A stretch of DNA of 39,720 nt, taken from the IMG/VR virus record IMGVR_UViG_2706794676_000012; one strand, given 5' to 3'. Both the position numbers and the translations under genes were made by a program. Of this stretch, positions 8,102-18,906 are shown piece by piece; the stretch's first letter is position 1, and every line of letters begins with the position of its first letter. The stretch comes from a virus (taxonomy: Duplodnaviria > Heunggongvirae > Uroviricota > Caudoviricetes). Below the pieces are notes generated by a model. That model saw nothing but the letters and a program-made list of their open reading frames with translations. It was not told the origin of the DNA and searched no databases.

Positions 8102-9173
8102 GTGATTTCTCCTACCGTCAGCAGCTCACTGTCTCCCGCCTGAACTGACGTCAGCGGACTGCGCACTTCAAAATCCTCCAGATTTTTCACCCCTGCCACC
8201 GCCCGCCAGAAAGACGACGGCAGAACCAGACCGCCGGGCCGGGATTCGTTATACAACAGGTCGGTCAGCGCCTGTTTTACGGCCGCCTGATTCTCCGGTG
8301 TTTTCGGGATGATCCTGATGCTGAAGGGCACCGGCTTATTGGTCAGTTTAAACACGGTCACCGTCGGCCCCAGAGGCTGTCCGACAGGCTGGCCGGTCGC
8401 NNNNNNNNNNNNNNNNNNNNNNNNNNNNNNNNNNNNNNNNNNNNNNNNNNNNNNNNNNNNNNNNNNNNNNNNNNNNNNNNNNNNNNNNNNNNNNNNNNNN
8501 NNNNNNNNNNNNNNNNNNNNNNNNNNNNNNNNNNNNNNNNNNNNNNNNNNNNNNNNNNNNNNNNNNNNNNNNNNNNNNNNNNNNNNNNNNNNNNNNNNNN
8601 NNNNNNNNNNNNNNNNNNNNNNNNNNNNNNNNNNNNNNNNNNNNNNNNNNCATCCGCACCACCGGTGATCCCCGTTCCGGTCACCGTGGCCGTCTGGTTG
8701 ATCCCCGCCTGCGGTGTGATAAATGTCAGTTTTGTCCCTGCCGGGGCATTCCCCGCACGACCGGCACTTTCGGCTTCCACACTGACATTCAGCGTACCGG
8801 CCTTACCGGTCAGGGAGGTGGTGATACGGTAAACCACGCCATCACTTCGCTGGAGAAGCACACCTTCCTTGATCCCCGCATCCGTGGTCAGCATCAGCTG
8901 AACCGGCCCGTCCCCCCGAGAGGCAGGCTTACGCATGACGCCCCAGAATGCACAGTGTTTCAGCAGTTCGGCTTCATCGGCTTCGGTCGGGATGATCTGA
9001 CGCGCAATCCAGGCCAGATGCTCATGCTCCTGAGCAGATAACCCTGCCTGAGCGTAAGCAATGGCATTCAGGGTGGTTTCATTCACACCCGGCTGCGAGC
9101 CGGGCAGGCGCTGGCTGATATCCTGCTGTGTCTGCGTGATTAACTGTGCCAGCGGTAAAGGCTGATAAGGCAT
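8092..9173 (-). CDS. Baseplate J-like protein (Mu gp47-like), interrupted by N-run 8401-8650
   Basis: N-terminal part (8651-9173) and C-terminal part (8092-8400) are in different frames on either side of the N-run; combined length ~360 aa fits a baseplate J-like protein. Confidence 0.65.
8401..8650. other. N-run / assembly gap (250 nt)
   Basis: Run of n; reading frame is not preserved across it. Confidence 1.
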
Positions 9174-9610
9174 TACTCCCCCTTAAGATCAGCATAAAAA
9201 ATCATGGGCCTCACTGAACCATCAGGCAGGGTTATGCGCACCGAAAGCGCCAGCCGCGCGTGTCCCACACGTTCTGCATGACAGACCACGGATGACGCCA
9301 CGCCATCCTGACTGAGCCAGCCCAGCGCCTCATCCGCGTAAGCACGGGCACGGCTTATCACCGAGGCCAGCGTTTTTTCCCGGCTGAGAAGCCACAGACG
9401 GGAGCCAATGGGGCGCGGGCGAAAACTGTCTCCCCACCATCCCCGGCGGTCGCGCGTACCGTCAGGGATTTCATCCGATGCCAGCGCCCGGCGGTCAGTA
9501 AACAGCGAAATCAGAACGGCCGTCAGCAGACTGTCATCCGTCAGCAAGTCGGCACCGTTCAGTTGCAGCGAACCGCACCCCTGATCCCATACAATTGCAA
9601 TATCAGCCAT
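9173..9610 (-). CDS. Baseplate protein (Mu gp46-like)
   Basis: 145 aa from ATG 9610 (MADIAIVWDQ...), overlapping the upstream gene stop; the longer ORF-track start at 9754 would overlap gp45 by 150 nt. Confidence 0.7.
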   Translation of the reverse strand: MADIAIVWDQGCGSLQLNGADLLTDDSLLTAVLISLFTDRRALASDEIPDGTRDRRGWWGDSFRPRPIGSRLWLLSREKTLASVISRARAYADEALGWLSQDGVASSVVCHAERVGHARLALSVRITLPDGSVRPMIFYADLKGE

Positions 9611-10217
9611 TCTCCGGCGCTCCTGTCTTACTGCCTTTGCCGTTATCCTGATGCACATGGCCGGAATAGGTGATCCCGGCAATAACGGCATCAGACATCG
9701 TGAACAGCCCGTCTGATTTACCTGTACCATCAAGCACGAAATTACCCTTAACATGCAGGTTTTTATCCACCGTCACATTGCCCGTAAAGGTGGCCTCCGG
9801 CGTATCCACCCGCATCCCCTCATCGGCGTAAATCTCCAGCATTTTGCATGTCACAATAATGCGACCATCCTTTGTTAACCGTATCCGGTGCCCCTCATGG
9901 TGATACACCCCCGTATCTCCGGCTGTGAGTCCGGTCGGGCGGCTGCGCCGGTCTTCCACCACAAGCACCACAGTCTGATCCCGCTGTCCGCCCAGACAGG
10001 CAAAAAAGGTTTCCGCACCCGGCAGGGGAACGCTGATCTGCCCGTACTGCTGGGGACGCTCCACATCATCAAAGGTTTCGCCGTCCATGCCGGTGAGCTG
10101 CACATTCTGCATTTTCAGTTCGTCATGTGTGCCGGTCAGAACGCCCCGGCCAAACAACAGGCGAATACCGCGCGTTACCGGGGCAATCAGGCGGCTGAAC
10201 ACTTCATCATTCATCAA
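9603..10217 (-). CDS. Baseplate assembly/spike protein (Mu gp45-like)
   Basis: 204 aa; position between P-like and gp46-like genes. Confidence 0.7.
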   Translation of the reverse strand: MMNDEVFSRLIAPVTRGIRLLFGRGVLTGTHDELKMQNVQLTGMDGETFDDVERPQQYGQISVPLPGAETFFACLGGQRDQTVVLVVEDRRSRPTGLTAGDTGVYHHEGHRIRLTKDGRIIVTCKMLEIYADEGMRVDTPEATFTGNVTVDKNLHVKGNFVLDGTGKSDGLFTMSDAVIAGITYSGHVHQDNGKGSKTGAPENG

Positions 10218-11226
10218 AGCTGATCCCCTGTTTTTTCATCTGCTGGCGAATAAAGGCATCAACATCGTCACCGGAACCACCCCGGCCCTTACTGTCCGGC
10301 TCTGCCGGAACGATAAAGCCGTCACGCGGTGCCAGTACCAGCCGGGTGACTTCCCCGTTATGTTCATCAAGTAAAAACTCCACCTGACAGACCAGCAGTT
10401 CAGTCTGTTCTATACCGAAACGCAGGGCTGAAACACCGGTCAGCAGATTGACATCCCATAACCGGCCATCATCCCGGAACCAGCCACGCACGGTGGCAGA
10501 AAACCGTTCTGAACGGGCAATCGCACGGCGCATTTCACGCAGGGCACGCTGCCGTGCACCGGTGGTGTCTGTCTGTTGATCGGCGAGGATGATTTTCGAC
10601 CGGTAGCGGCCGATCTGCTCATCACTGATGACGCCCACAGGTGCTGCCAGACGGGCGGCGGATTCGCTGTCTCCCCGTTTGCCACCACCGCGCCCGTGTC
10701 CCCGGACACGGTATTCGCTGTATCGTCCTCGCCAGTCCGTGTTGTAATCGGCATCAAGCAGGTTATCTCCCAGCACCAGTCTGTCCGTCTGCTGGCTTCC
10801 TGCCTGGGTGAACACCAGATCGCCGTCAGCATTACTGGTCACCAGCACCCCGCGATGCCGGGCAGCACGGGTCAGCGCATCCGCCACGGTTTCTGAGTTT
10901 TCCAGCGTAAAAGAGCTGAAGGGGCGTGCAGCCGTGTCGTCGTTAACCTGCCAGCGCACGGCTATCCCGAAGGGCGCACATAAATCTGCGGCAATCTGTG
11001 CCAGCGTCCGGTTGCGCCACTGGCTGCCGGGATGGATGGCGGCACAGTCCACCAGGTCGCCGGTTTTATCCCGACCGCTGATGCTGATCTGATGACGGGT
11101 TGCACTGATCCGCTGACTGACCTGATCCAGCCAGCCACTGATGACCGTCTGCCCGTTAATTCTGAGCGTCAGGGACTGACCGGTTCGCAGGGCTGAGGGG
11201 ATGCGCTCACCGGGCAGCATCAGCCC
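10207..11226 (-). CDS. Tail protein P-like (late control D / baseplate hub family); 5' end lost in N-run
   Basis: C-terminal ~340 aa readable; start lies in the N-run 11227-11494. Confidence 0.6.
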   Translation of the reverse strand, partial: GLMLPGERIPSALRTGQSLTLRINGQTVISGWLDQVSQRISATRHQISISGRDKTGDLVDCAAIHPGSQWRNRTLAQIAADLCAPFGIAVRWQVNDDTAARPFSSFTLENSETVADALTRAARHRGVLVTSNADGDLVFTQAGSQQTDRLVLGDNLLDADYNTDWRGRYSEYRVRGHGRGGGKRGDSESAARLAAPVGVISDEQIGRYRSKIILADQQTDTTGARQRALREMRRAIARSERFSATVRGWFRDDGRLWDVNLLTGVSALRFGIEQTELLVCQVEFLLDEHNGEVTRLVLAPRDGFIVPAEPDSKGRGGSGDDVDAFIRQQMKKQGISFDE

Positions 11227-11494
11227 NNNNNNNNNNNNNNNNNNNNNNNNNNNNNNNNNNNNNNNNNNNNNNNNNNNNNNNNNNNNNNNNNNNNNNNNNN
11301 NNNNNNNNNNNNNNNNNNNNNNNNNNNNNNNNNNNNNNNNNNNNNNNNNNNNNNNNNNNNNNNNNNNNNNNNNNNNNNNNNNNNNNNNNNNNNNNNNNNN
11401 NNNNNNNNNNNNNNNNNNNNNNNNNNNNNNNNNNNNNNNNNNNNNNNNNNNNNNNNNNNNNNNNNNNNNNNNNNNNNNNNNNNNNNNNNNNNNN
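11227..11494. other. N-run / assembly gap (268 nt)
   Basis: Run of n covering the N/P gene junction. Confidence 1.
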
Positions 11495-12732
11495 GTGACC
11501 AGTGCCGGTTCGGTGGTGCGAACCATGACCTGAAAAGCACCGGGAAGATGCACGCTCCGTGTGGTTAAATCTTCTGTCAGCGCAAGCCCTGCATCACGTA
11601 ATGCAAGGGCAGTCCCGGTATAGCCCTGTGCGGACAGATCCAGCACCTGTTGTTCCATGGCATCGCTCAAATCCCGGTTGATACGCTGCACATCAGCAGA
11701 ACTTTCCAGCCAGGCCAGTCCGCCCGAACGGTCAGTATCCTGAACGTGCGTCGTATTCTGCCGGATGACCTGATCCAGCAGTTTTCCGAGCGTCTGTGCC
11801 TGCGACACCAGGGTTGCACTCTGCATCACGCTCCGCAGCAGACGGATATTTTTCTGTGCCGCAGGCGTCAGGCCAATCAGGCGCTGTGGATCATCCTGTT
11901 CGCTGAGGGTGTAACGCAGGGAGGAAAGTGTGCGGTACAGCTGCGGCATGGCCTGCTCTGCCATGCTGTCACGGTTTGTGGTCAGGCTGCCGGACGGCGT
12001 TCCGGCTTTTCCGGTCAGAGACAGGGAAGGATCGCCGGGCAGCCCGGTCAGCACGGCAAACATTCCGGCCAGCGATTCAGCCATGCGACGGGGCGCATTA
12101 ATCAGGGCGGCGGCATTGCCTTTCAGGGCAGTAAAACTGGCCGTAAAGGCACTGATATCCTGCACAATCCCCATCCCCGAAACGGCATTCTCCAGTGCAT
12201 CAATCTTATCGCTGATGGTGTCGGTCATGGCCTGTACATCATGCAGACCGTCTGAAATCACCGTCCAGCCGTCTGAAAGCGTGTTAAACAGCTGATTCAT
12301 TGCTGAGCCGCTTTTCTGCTCCAGCGCAGCTGCCGTATCTTCTGCCACCGCAGGGGCGGTATCGTCACTGGCGGGGATCACGTTGATCGTGAACTCAACC
12401 GTTCCCTGCTCGCTGGCGTTATAACGGCTTTCAAAGCTGTTTATCAGCACGTTTAACGTGCCGTAATCCGGGTGCATCAGTTCACCGGCACCGGGTGCAC
12501 GCAGCGCATCACGCAGGCGGCTTCGCTGTGTCTGAAGATCGTCTCCGGTCACCAGAACCGTGAATGTGAACTCCGGGAGTTTTGGCCCCAGATCATCCGC
12601 ACCGCCGCTTTCACGCAGTGGGTATTCACGGCGCACAATGTTACGTCCGCCCCGTTCCCGCTGCTCCTGATAAACCAGGAACGGTACGCCACGAAAGGAG
12701 CCACGCCCCGGCGTGTCAGTAGAGGCCATAGT
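11495..12732 (-). CDS. DNA circularization protein N-like; 3' end lost in N-run
   Basis: ATG at 12732 (MASTDTPGRGSFRGVPFLVYQEQRE...) downstream of the tape measure gene; order and size match Mu N. Confidence 0.65.
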
Positions 12733-12743
12733 TCCCTCCGTTC

Positions 12744-12993
12744 NNNNNNNNNNNNNNNNNNNNNNNNNNNNNNNNNNNNNNNNNNNNNNNNNNNNNNNNN
12801 NNNNNNNNNNNNNNNNNNNNNNNNNNNNNNNNNNNNNNNNNNNNNNNNNNNNNNNNNNNNNNNNNNNNNNNNNNNNNNNNNNNNNNNNNNNNNNNNNNNN
12901 NNNNNNNNNNNNNNNNNNNNNNNNNNNNNNNNNNNNNNNNNNNNNNNNNNNNNNNNNNNNNNNNNNNNNNNNNNNNNNNNNNNNNNNNNNNNN
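12744..12993. other. N-run / assembly gap (250 nt)
   Basis: Run of n covering the 3' end of the tape measure gene. Confidence 1.
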
Positions 12994-14757
12994 GGCAAGG
13001 GAACCCACGGCACCGGCTTTATCGGCTGCACTGGCGCTGCTGTCCAGCAGTACAGGAGCCGCCATGGCACCGGCCCACAGGGCACCACCACCCAGCCGAC
13101 CGGCACCACGGAACAGCCCGGCAAAACGCCCCAGCCCCATGCGGTTTCCGGCCGCCGTTAGCAGACCACCGGCACGGCTCATCATACGACCGAAGAAGCC
13201 CTGTTTACCGGCACTCTCCGCCAGTTGCTCACCGGCAGTCACGACGGTCGTGACACCCCGTCCACGTCCGGGGCCGCGTTTTTTACGGCCGCGCACGGTT
13301 TTGCCGTCACCGCTGACCACCACATCCCCGCCACCTGAGGCCAGGCCACCCGCAGGCCAATTGGTGACCAGCACGGGCTGAACGGCAGCCGGATTTACCC
13401 CGGTAAGGAAATTCAGGAACCGGCCAGCGCGTCCGGGCTGCGTTCCCGGTACAGTGGTCTGCGGTTTGCGGAAGGGCGACGTCAGCACGGAGGTCATCGC
13501 CATGCCATAGCGTAAGGGGGTTGCGCCGAGACGTAATGCCCCCGTCCCCGCAAACCTGAGCACCTTCAGCGCACGGGAGGCGAGATACATATACATCAGG
13601 TACTTTGCGGCGGTCTGCGCACCCTGACCAATGCGATCCAGCGCATCGCCATAACCGGCGTCGCGCAGTGCCTGAAGCGTTTCCCTGACTTTCTGAATGA
13701 CCCGGTAAAAGCCGGTCGCAGCGTCTCTGGCATACTCAAATCCCTGATTCAGGGCTGAGGCCGTCTGTGTGGCCAGCTTATCCTGTAAGCCGCTTTTCTG
13801 TGCCGCATCAGCATAATCCAGAAAGCCTTTCAGGCTCTTTTTCAGGCTGTCAAACGGTCCCTTTGCCATCACCTCGCGGGCAAATCCGTCCCAGACATCG
13901 CCCATCATGGACGTCATTCCCGTCCAGGAATTCATGGCGTTTTTCTGGGCACCTTTTGCCTGTTCGGCCATCACCTGAAATAACAGGCGAATGCTGTCCG
14001 GTCCCAGTTTTCCTTTCTCGCCTTTCTCACGGATGATCTTCTGGTTTACACCCAGCTTATCGGCCAGCAACTGGTAAACGTTAATCCCGTATCCGGTCAG
14101 AATATTGGCGTCCGCTGCCTGGATACTCTGGCGGGCAAACATCTGTTTGAGTTGCAGGGACGCACCCTGTGCATCTGACAGTGACCAGCCGTGATAGCCG
14201 CCCTGATCCTGAAGCATGGTAATAAAGCGACGGGCTTCCCTGTCACTCATACCGAACCCGCGACTGGAGGCGTATTCCTGCATAACCCCCGCCAGCCCCC
14301 AGGTGGTGTCTTTGGCGTTCTGTACCGCCCAGGCTTTCACTGCTTCCGTTTTTGCCGTATCGCCATGATTAATGGCGTTGAGACGCAGAATATAGTTCTC
14401 CATCTCTGCGGCCGGGCGGATAAAGGCTTTATTAAACCCGTAGACCGCAGCCCCTCCCGCCAGCATCCCGTAAAGGTTGCTTATCCGCCCGATGGTGCCG
14501 GTAATGCTGCCCTGAAGGCGGTCAAAATCTGACGTCACCGTGCGGATACTGCCACGAACACCGGCAAGCGTTCGCTGCATACGGGAGCCGACAAGTTCTG
14601 TCTCCTGACCGGCACGACGTGCTGCATTTCCAAGACCACCCAGCCCCGTCCTGCCGGAACGGGAGAATGCCCCCAGCTCCTGTGACCACTGGCGGGATTT
14701 GGCAGAAATATTGCCGAGTAAATCGACAATCAGGGAGGCTTTCAGGTTTTTTGCCAT
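12994..14757 (-). CDS. Tail tape measure protein; 3' end lost in N-run
   Basis: Starts MAKNLKASLIVDLLGNISAKSRQW...; long Ala/Gly-rich helical protein between chaperone and N-like gene. The 1516-aa ORF in the track is an artefact of N translated as X. Confidence 0.75.
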
Positions 14758-14760
14758 GGG

Positions 14761-15127
14761 TTACTGCTTCGTTCTGAGAATTTTTTCGGTCTGTCGGCAG
14801 TGCCGGTAAAGCTGCGATAAGGGGAGGTTAAGCGCCCACTCCGGGCCGCTTTTTGTCACCATCCCCAGCACAATTGCGGCTTCTTCAATCTGATCCCGGC
14901 ACTGCATCTGGTCGCCCCCGTTCAGCGACCAGCTTTCCGGCCATCGCGGAATCAAGCAGGCTTACTGCCGCCATCAGTCGGGAGAGATCGCGCTCGCTGA
15001 GCTGTCCTATCTGACGCGGAGACAATGGCCCCTCAATCTGGCCGACAGCGGCAATCTGACGGCGCAGCAGCGCAATGCCGCGCAGTGCCGGTGAGGCCAC
15101 AAGAACCGGACCGTTTCGGGTTTCCAT
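14761..15127 (-). CDS. Tail assembly chaperone (Mu gp41-like), encoded as two overlapping ORFs
   Basis: ORFs 14885..15127 and 14761..14955 overlap by 71 nt with the downstream one in the +1 frame; sits between tube and tape measure genes; combined ~120 aa. Confidence 0.5.
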
Positions 15128-15171
15128 AAGACGCTCGGCCTCGCTCTCCGCATCAATGCTGTCTTTTGCCG

Positions 15172-15735
15172 TCAGTTCGCGGAAGGTGACGCGGTATTCA
15201 CGGGATTCCCCGAANNNNNNNNNNNNNNNNNNNNNNNNNNNNNNNNNNNNNNNNNNNNNNNNNNNNNNNNNNNNNNNNNNNNNNNNNNNNNNNNNNNNNN
15301 NNNNNNNNNNNNNNNNNNNNNNNNNNNNNNNNNNNNNNNNNNNNNNNNNNNNNNNNNNNNNNNNNNNNNNNNNNNNNNNNNNNNNNNNNNNNNNNNNNNN
15401 NNNNNNNNNNNNNNNNNNNNNNNNNNNNNNNNNNNNNNNNNNNNNNNNNNNNNNNNNNNNNNNNTCATGTGGACTTCACCGGTATCGGCCACGAACTCAA
15501 TCGTGACCGCAGTCCAGGTGTTGATTTCATCGGCAGCCGGTGAACCTTCTCCGCCCGCCGGGAATTTACAGTCCAGCGTCGCCTCACGGGGTTTCTCGCG
15601 ATAGCCGTAAACTTTCGCGCCTTTCACCACTTCACGCTCAAAGCCGGACGGGGAGAACGTGGCCCCCTCAAGGGTGTCGTACTCCTGCCCGTTCACACGG
15701 ATGGTGGCCGTGCCCTGATACTGTTTTCCGCTCAT
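15172..15735 (-). CDS. Tail tube protein (Mu M-like), interrupted by N-run 15215-15464
   Basis: Immediately downstream of the sheath gene; start MSGKQYQGTATIRVNGQEYDTLEG... Confidence 0.65.
   Translation of the reverse strand: MSGKQYQGTATIRVNGQEYDTLEGATFSPSGFEREVVKGAKVYGYREKPREATLDCKFPAGGEGSPAADEINTWTAVTIEFVADTGEVHMXXXXXXXXXXXXXXXXXXXXXXXXXXXXXXXXXXXXXXXXXXXXXXXXXXXXXXXXXXXXXXXXXXXXXXXXXXXXXXXXXXXXSGNPVNTASPSAN
15215..15464. other. N-run / assembly gap (250 nt)
   Basis: Run of n inside the tube gene. Confidence 1.
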
Positions 15736-15743
15736 GCCTTACC

Positions 15744-17246
15744 TCACAAAATGAAACGGATCTGCGCGGCCATGAAGCGGAACTGGTTAACCAGATCCGG
15801 TGTACACATCACATCCAGACGGTTACGGTCTTTTGTGTTGCGCTCCACGAGCAGATTCTTTTTAAAGGTGTCCAGATTTTCGACCAGTCCCAGATCCACC
15901 CATTCTTCCCCCAGCGAAATTAACTGAAGTTTCATGATCTCCGGTGTCACGATATTCTGACCGGCACGAACGGGCGTCCCGTCATCAGCCAGTTTATGGC
16001 GCGGAAAACGCTGCGTGATAAAGGTGCGCAGGGAATAACGCAGATATGACAGGGTGTAGATGGTTTCCACATCCAGATAGCTGGGATCGATTTCGCCGTA
16101 TGCATTCTGACGGTACATCGTCACCTGACGTTCAATCTGCACCACATCCGCGGCCGCGACGGTCACCGTGGACATGCCGGTATAAAGCAGGCTGTTTCGC
16201 TCTTCCCGCGTCAGACGATCCGGTGCTTCAGGTGCCATACGGGCAGGCAGCGCCAGTGTCTGTAATGGTCGGGCCGGATCCGTTGACAGGGAGGGCGCAC
16301 AGACCGCACAAATGGAGGCAGCCCAGACATAATCCGGCTCTGGTGCTTTAGGAATAGAAGTGCAGGTAAACAGGAAGTCATTACGGGATTCACCAAAACT
16401 GGTTGCCGTACCGAAGGTGCCGGTATGCGCCATCCAGACCATACCGTCCGACATTTTTACCGGTCCCCAGCGTTTCAGCAGTTCATCCGCCAGAATTTTG
16501 AGATTTGCCGCATCCTTATAGGGCATGACGATGTAGTTGTACTGACGATTCCCCATCCCTGAGACGCTACGGGTGATATCGGGGTTTGTTGCCTTCTGTG
16601 TTGGCGCGACGAGCTCCAGCGTAAGACCGGCCGGTGTAGTTTCACCGTCATAATAGTTCACCCGTAAATCATGAGCTGAGCATTCACCGATAAAGCGGGC
16701 GTTAACCCCCATGCTGCCTTTAAGTCCTTCAGCATTATCACCACTGACTTCAGCTGCGATAGCAGTGAATGGCGCATCAGTGTCAGCGTTAATGACCTTA
16801 GCCAGCTCTTCCACAAGCTCTTTACCTTTTTTCCCCTTACTGACGGGCAGGAGGTAACGGCGACCGCCGATGTAAACACTTAACACCCCGTCTGCCAATG
16901 CTGTTCCAATGATATTCATCACGCATGCCCTGGACTGACCTGTTCCAGCCCCCTGTGCAATGGCATATAACTCTGTGTCAGGGTTAATGGCGATAAATTC
17001 CTCTACCATCAGTGCAATCATGGAACCTCGCCCCCAGAGTTCTCTTGCTTGTGAAGCTCGGGTAATACGTACTGGTACATCAAGCTGACCGCGCCCCTGA
17101 ATGGTAGTGTCTTTCATTGCAGCCTGACCAAACAACAGTACCGCCTGACGCTGTGGTGGAGTGCCGGTCACGGCCATTGAATTATTGATTTCAATCTGTA
17201 CCAGCGGAATGCGATTGTTATCGCCGATATAATCAAAGTTAATCAT
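15744..17246 (-). CDS. Contractile tail sheath protein (Mu L-like)
   Basis: 500 aa; size and position match Mu L. Confidence 0.8.
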   Translation of the reverse strand: MINFDYIGDNNRIPLVQIEINNSMAVTGTPPQRQAVLLFGQAAMKDTTIQGRGQLDVPVRITRASQARELWGRGSMIALMVEEFIAINPDTELYAIAQGAGTGQSRACVMNIIGTALADGVLSVYIGGRRYLLPVSKGKKGKELVEELAKVINADTDAPFTAIAAEVSGDNAEGLKGSMGVNARFIGECSAHDLRVNYYDGETTPAGLTLELVAPTQKATNPDITRSVSGMGNRQYNYIVMPYKDAANLKILADELLKRWGPVKMSDGMVWMAHTGTFGTATSFGESRNDFLFTCTSIPKAPEPDYVWAASICAVCAPSLSTDPARPLQTLALPARMAPEAPDRLTREERNSLLYTGMSTVTVAAADVVQIERQVTMYRQNAYGEIDPSYLDVETIYTLSYLRYSLRTFITQRFPRHKLADDGTPVRAGQNIVTPEIMKLQLISLGEEWVDLGLVENLDTFKKNLLVERNTKDRNRLDVMCTPDLVNQFRFMAAQIRFIL

Positions 17247-17524
17247 CAGGACGTCCCCTTATCTGATGCTGCGGTTTTTTCAGCCACCGCCGCAGTTTTT
17301 TCTGCTACCGCTCCCGCTGGTTTTGCCGCCGCGCCGGTATTAGCAGTTGTGGCAGCCGGGGCAGGCTCCGCCGTTTTATCCACCACAATGACGTCGCCAT
17401 CATTAAGACGGCGGCACCAGAACGGAGTGAAGGGTTTCTCTTCCCCGTCCTGAGAGAGCGGAGTCATCGTGTCGGGATCGCGGATCAGGCATCCCGGCGC
17501 AGGTTTAATAAAAATGGTTGTCAT
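17246..17524 (-). CDS. Small virion protein (Mu gp38-like)
   Basis: 92 aa with Ala-rich repeat AVAEKTAAVAEKTAA; position upstream of the sheath gene. Confidence 0.55.
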   Translation of the reverse strand: MTTIFIKPAPGCLIRDPDTMTPLSQDGEEKPFTPFWCRRLNDGDVIVVDKTAEPAPAATTANTGAAAKPAGAVAEKTAAVAEKTAASDKGTS

Positions 17525-17527
17525 CTG

Positions 17528-18091
17528 TTATTCCTCTGACAGTCCGGCGTTTTCACCGGCGGCAGTTGCACCAGGCAGACGGATGTGTGCCTTAAATTCC
17601 GGCGTGCCTTCCGGTTCGGTAAAGGTTTCGTAATGGCGCAGGAAATCATCCAGCGAGCTGATATCCGTCAGCGGGTCGATCATTTCCTCGCATGAGAAAT
17701 ACAGGGCGTACATCACGGCACCGCTGCCTGCCTGCGTTTCGGTGTAACCGTTGACCGCCTTTTCAAAGTAAAGCGGTGAGGTTTTTTCTGCTCTGAAGCC
17801 GTCCAGCACGGTAATCAGGCGGGCCACAATCTGATAAAGCCCGGGACGGCTGACCTCACGGCCATTGAGCATGTCGCCGATGACGTAGAACACCCAGTGA
17901 CTGACCAGACGCCCACGGGTACGCCCTTCACCGGCACCCAGCCAGGCAACATAGATAGCCGGGGCGTTAATCAGCATGGTGCGCAGTACGCTGTCGCTCC
18001 AGTCGCCGGGATGTGTGTCAACAGACACCAGTTCATTCCCGAAATACTCACGGATACGGGCGATGTACGCCTGCTCGGTTTCCGTAATCAT
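17528..18091 (-). CDS. Head-tail joining / tail completion protein (Mu gp37-like)
   Basis: 187 aa; position in the head-to-tail connector block. Confidence 0.55.
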   Translation of the reverse strand: MITETEQAYIARIREYFGNELVSVDTHPGDWSDSVLRTMLINAPAIYVAWLGAGEGRTRGRLVSHWVFYVIGDMLNGREVSRPGLYQIVARLITVLDGFRAEKTSPLYFEKAVNGYTETQAGSGAVMYALYFSCEEMIDPLTDISSLDDFLRHYETFTEPEGTPEFKAHIRLPGATAAGENAGLSEE

Positions 18092-18507
18092 ATAAAGCCC
18101 TTCTGGTTGCGCCCGAACACCGCCGCATCAGACTGCACCTGCGGTAAATCCCCGGATTCAGGGGCCGCACCGTCTGTATCCACGCCGACCGGCACGTTAC
18201 CGTTCATGACATCTTTCAGCCAGGCCAGCGCCTCACGGTAACGGTCACGCGCCTGATCGGATGCCCGCTGATCGCACAGGTAATAAAAGGCAATCGTGCA
18301 GCAATGCTGAACAAGGACCGCCGGAACCACCGCCAGCGGCAGCGTGTAACGGGAAGACAGATAGCTGTCGATAAGGGCAGACGCGTCCGTCAGTGCCCGG
18401 TTCAGCTTGCGCGTGTCCGGTTCATCCGAACGGGGCACGGCCAGTAATGGCCTGAGCAAATCCTCGCGGTAACGTGCCCGCATATCGGTTTCGGTGGCGT
18501 AATTCAT
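18088..18507 (-). CDS. Head-tail connector protein (Mu gp36-like)
   Basis: 139 aa; overlaps neighbouring genes by 4 nt. Confidence 0.55.
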   Translation of the reverse strand: MNYATETDMRARYREDLLRPLLAVPRSDEPDTRKLNRALTDASALIDSYLSSRYTLPLAVVPAVLVQHCCTIAFYYLCDQRASDQARDRYREALAWLKDVMNGNVPVGVDTDGAAPESGDLPQVQSDAAVFGRNQKGFI

Positions 18508-18863
18508 GCGCGCGCCTTTTTCGCCTGTCTGGCGTTATTGCCGGTCTTTTTCCGGGGAGCATCCTGTACGGTTTCGGCTTCGGCTAAATCTGCACCGGTC
18601 TCTGCATGAACCACACCCGCCACGGCTCCCGCATCATCACCAGGCGTCTGTAGTATTCGTACAGTGAGGCATGGCTCCGCTTCCAGTCGGGCAAGCTGCT
18701 CCGGGGTGACGTCAACCTGCTGGCGTCCCCGCATGAACAGGAACCCCGCACGACGAAAATGCGTACGACTGCAACGCACTTCTGCCAGTACCGTGACAGG
18801 ACTGTCACCACTGACCTGAAGGCCTGAATCATCTGTTGCTGCCACAGTGTGATGTTCATTCAT
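18504..18863 (-). CDS. Hypothetical virion protein (Mu gp35-like)
   Basis: 119 aa directly downstream of the major head gene; basic C-terminal tail. Confidence 0.5.
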   Translation of the reverse strand: MNEHHTVAATDDSGLQVSGDSPVTVLAEVRCSRTHFRRAGFLFMRGRQQVDVTPEQLARLEAEPCLTVRILQTPGDDAGAVAGVVHAETGADLAEAETVQDAPRKKTGNNARQAKKARA

Positions 18864-18906
18864 ATTTGCCCTCCGCAGGGGCCGGGCCGTAAGCCCGGCT
18901 CACCGT

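Noticed and set aside
11650-13381. Several long plus-strand ORFs (11650..12255, 11930..12295, 12472..13161, 12713..13381)
   Set aside because: Antisense to well-supported tail genes in GC-rich DNA, some extended by N-runs; typical spurious open frames.
10207-14757. Single 1516-aa ORF in the track
   Set aside because: It spans two N-runs translated as X. The region actually holds three genes (tape measure, N-like, P-like) recognisable from their separate start contexts.
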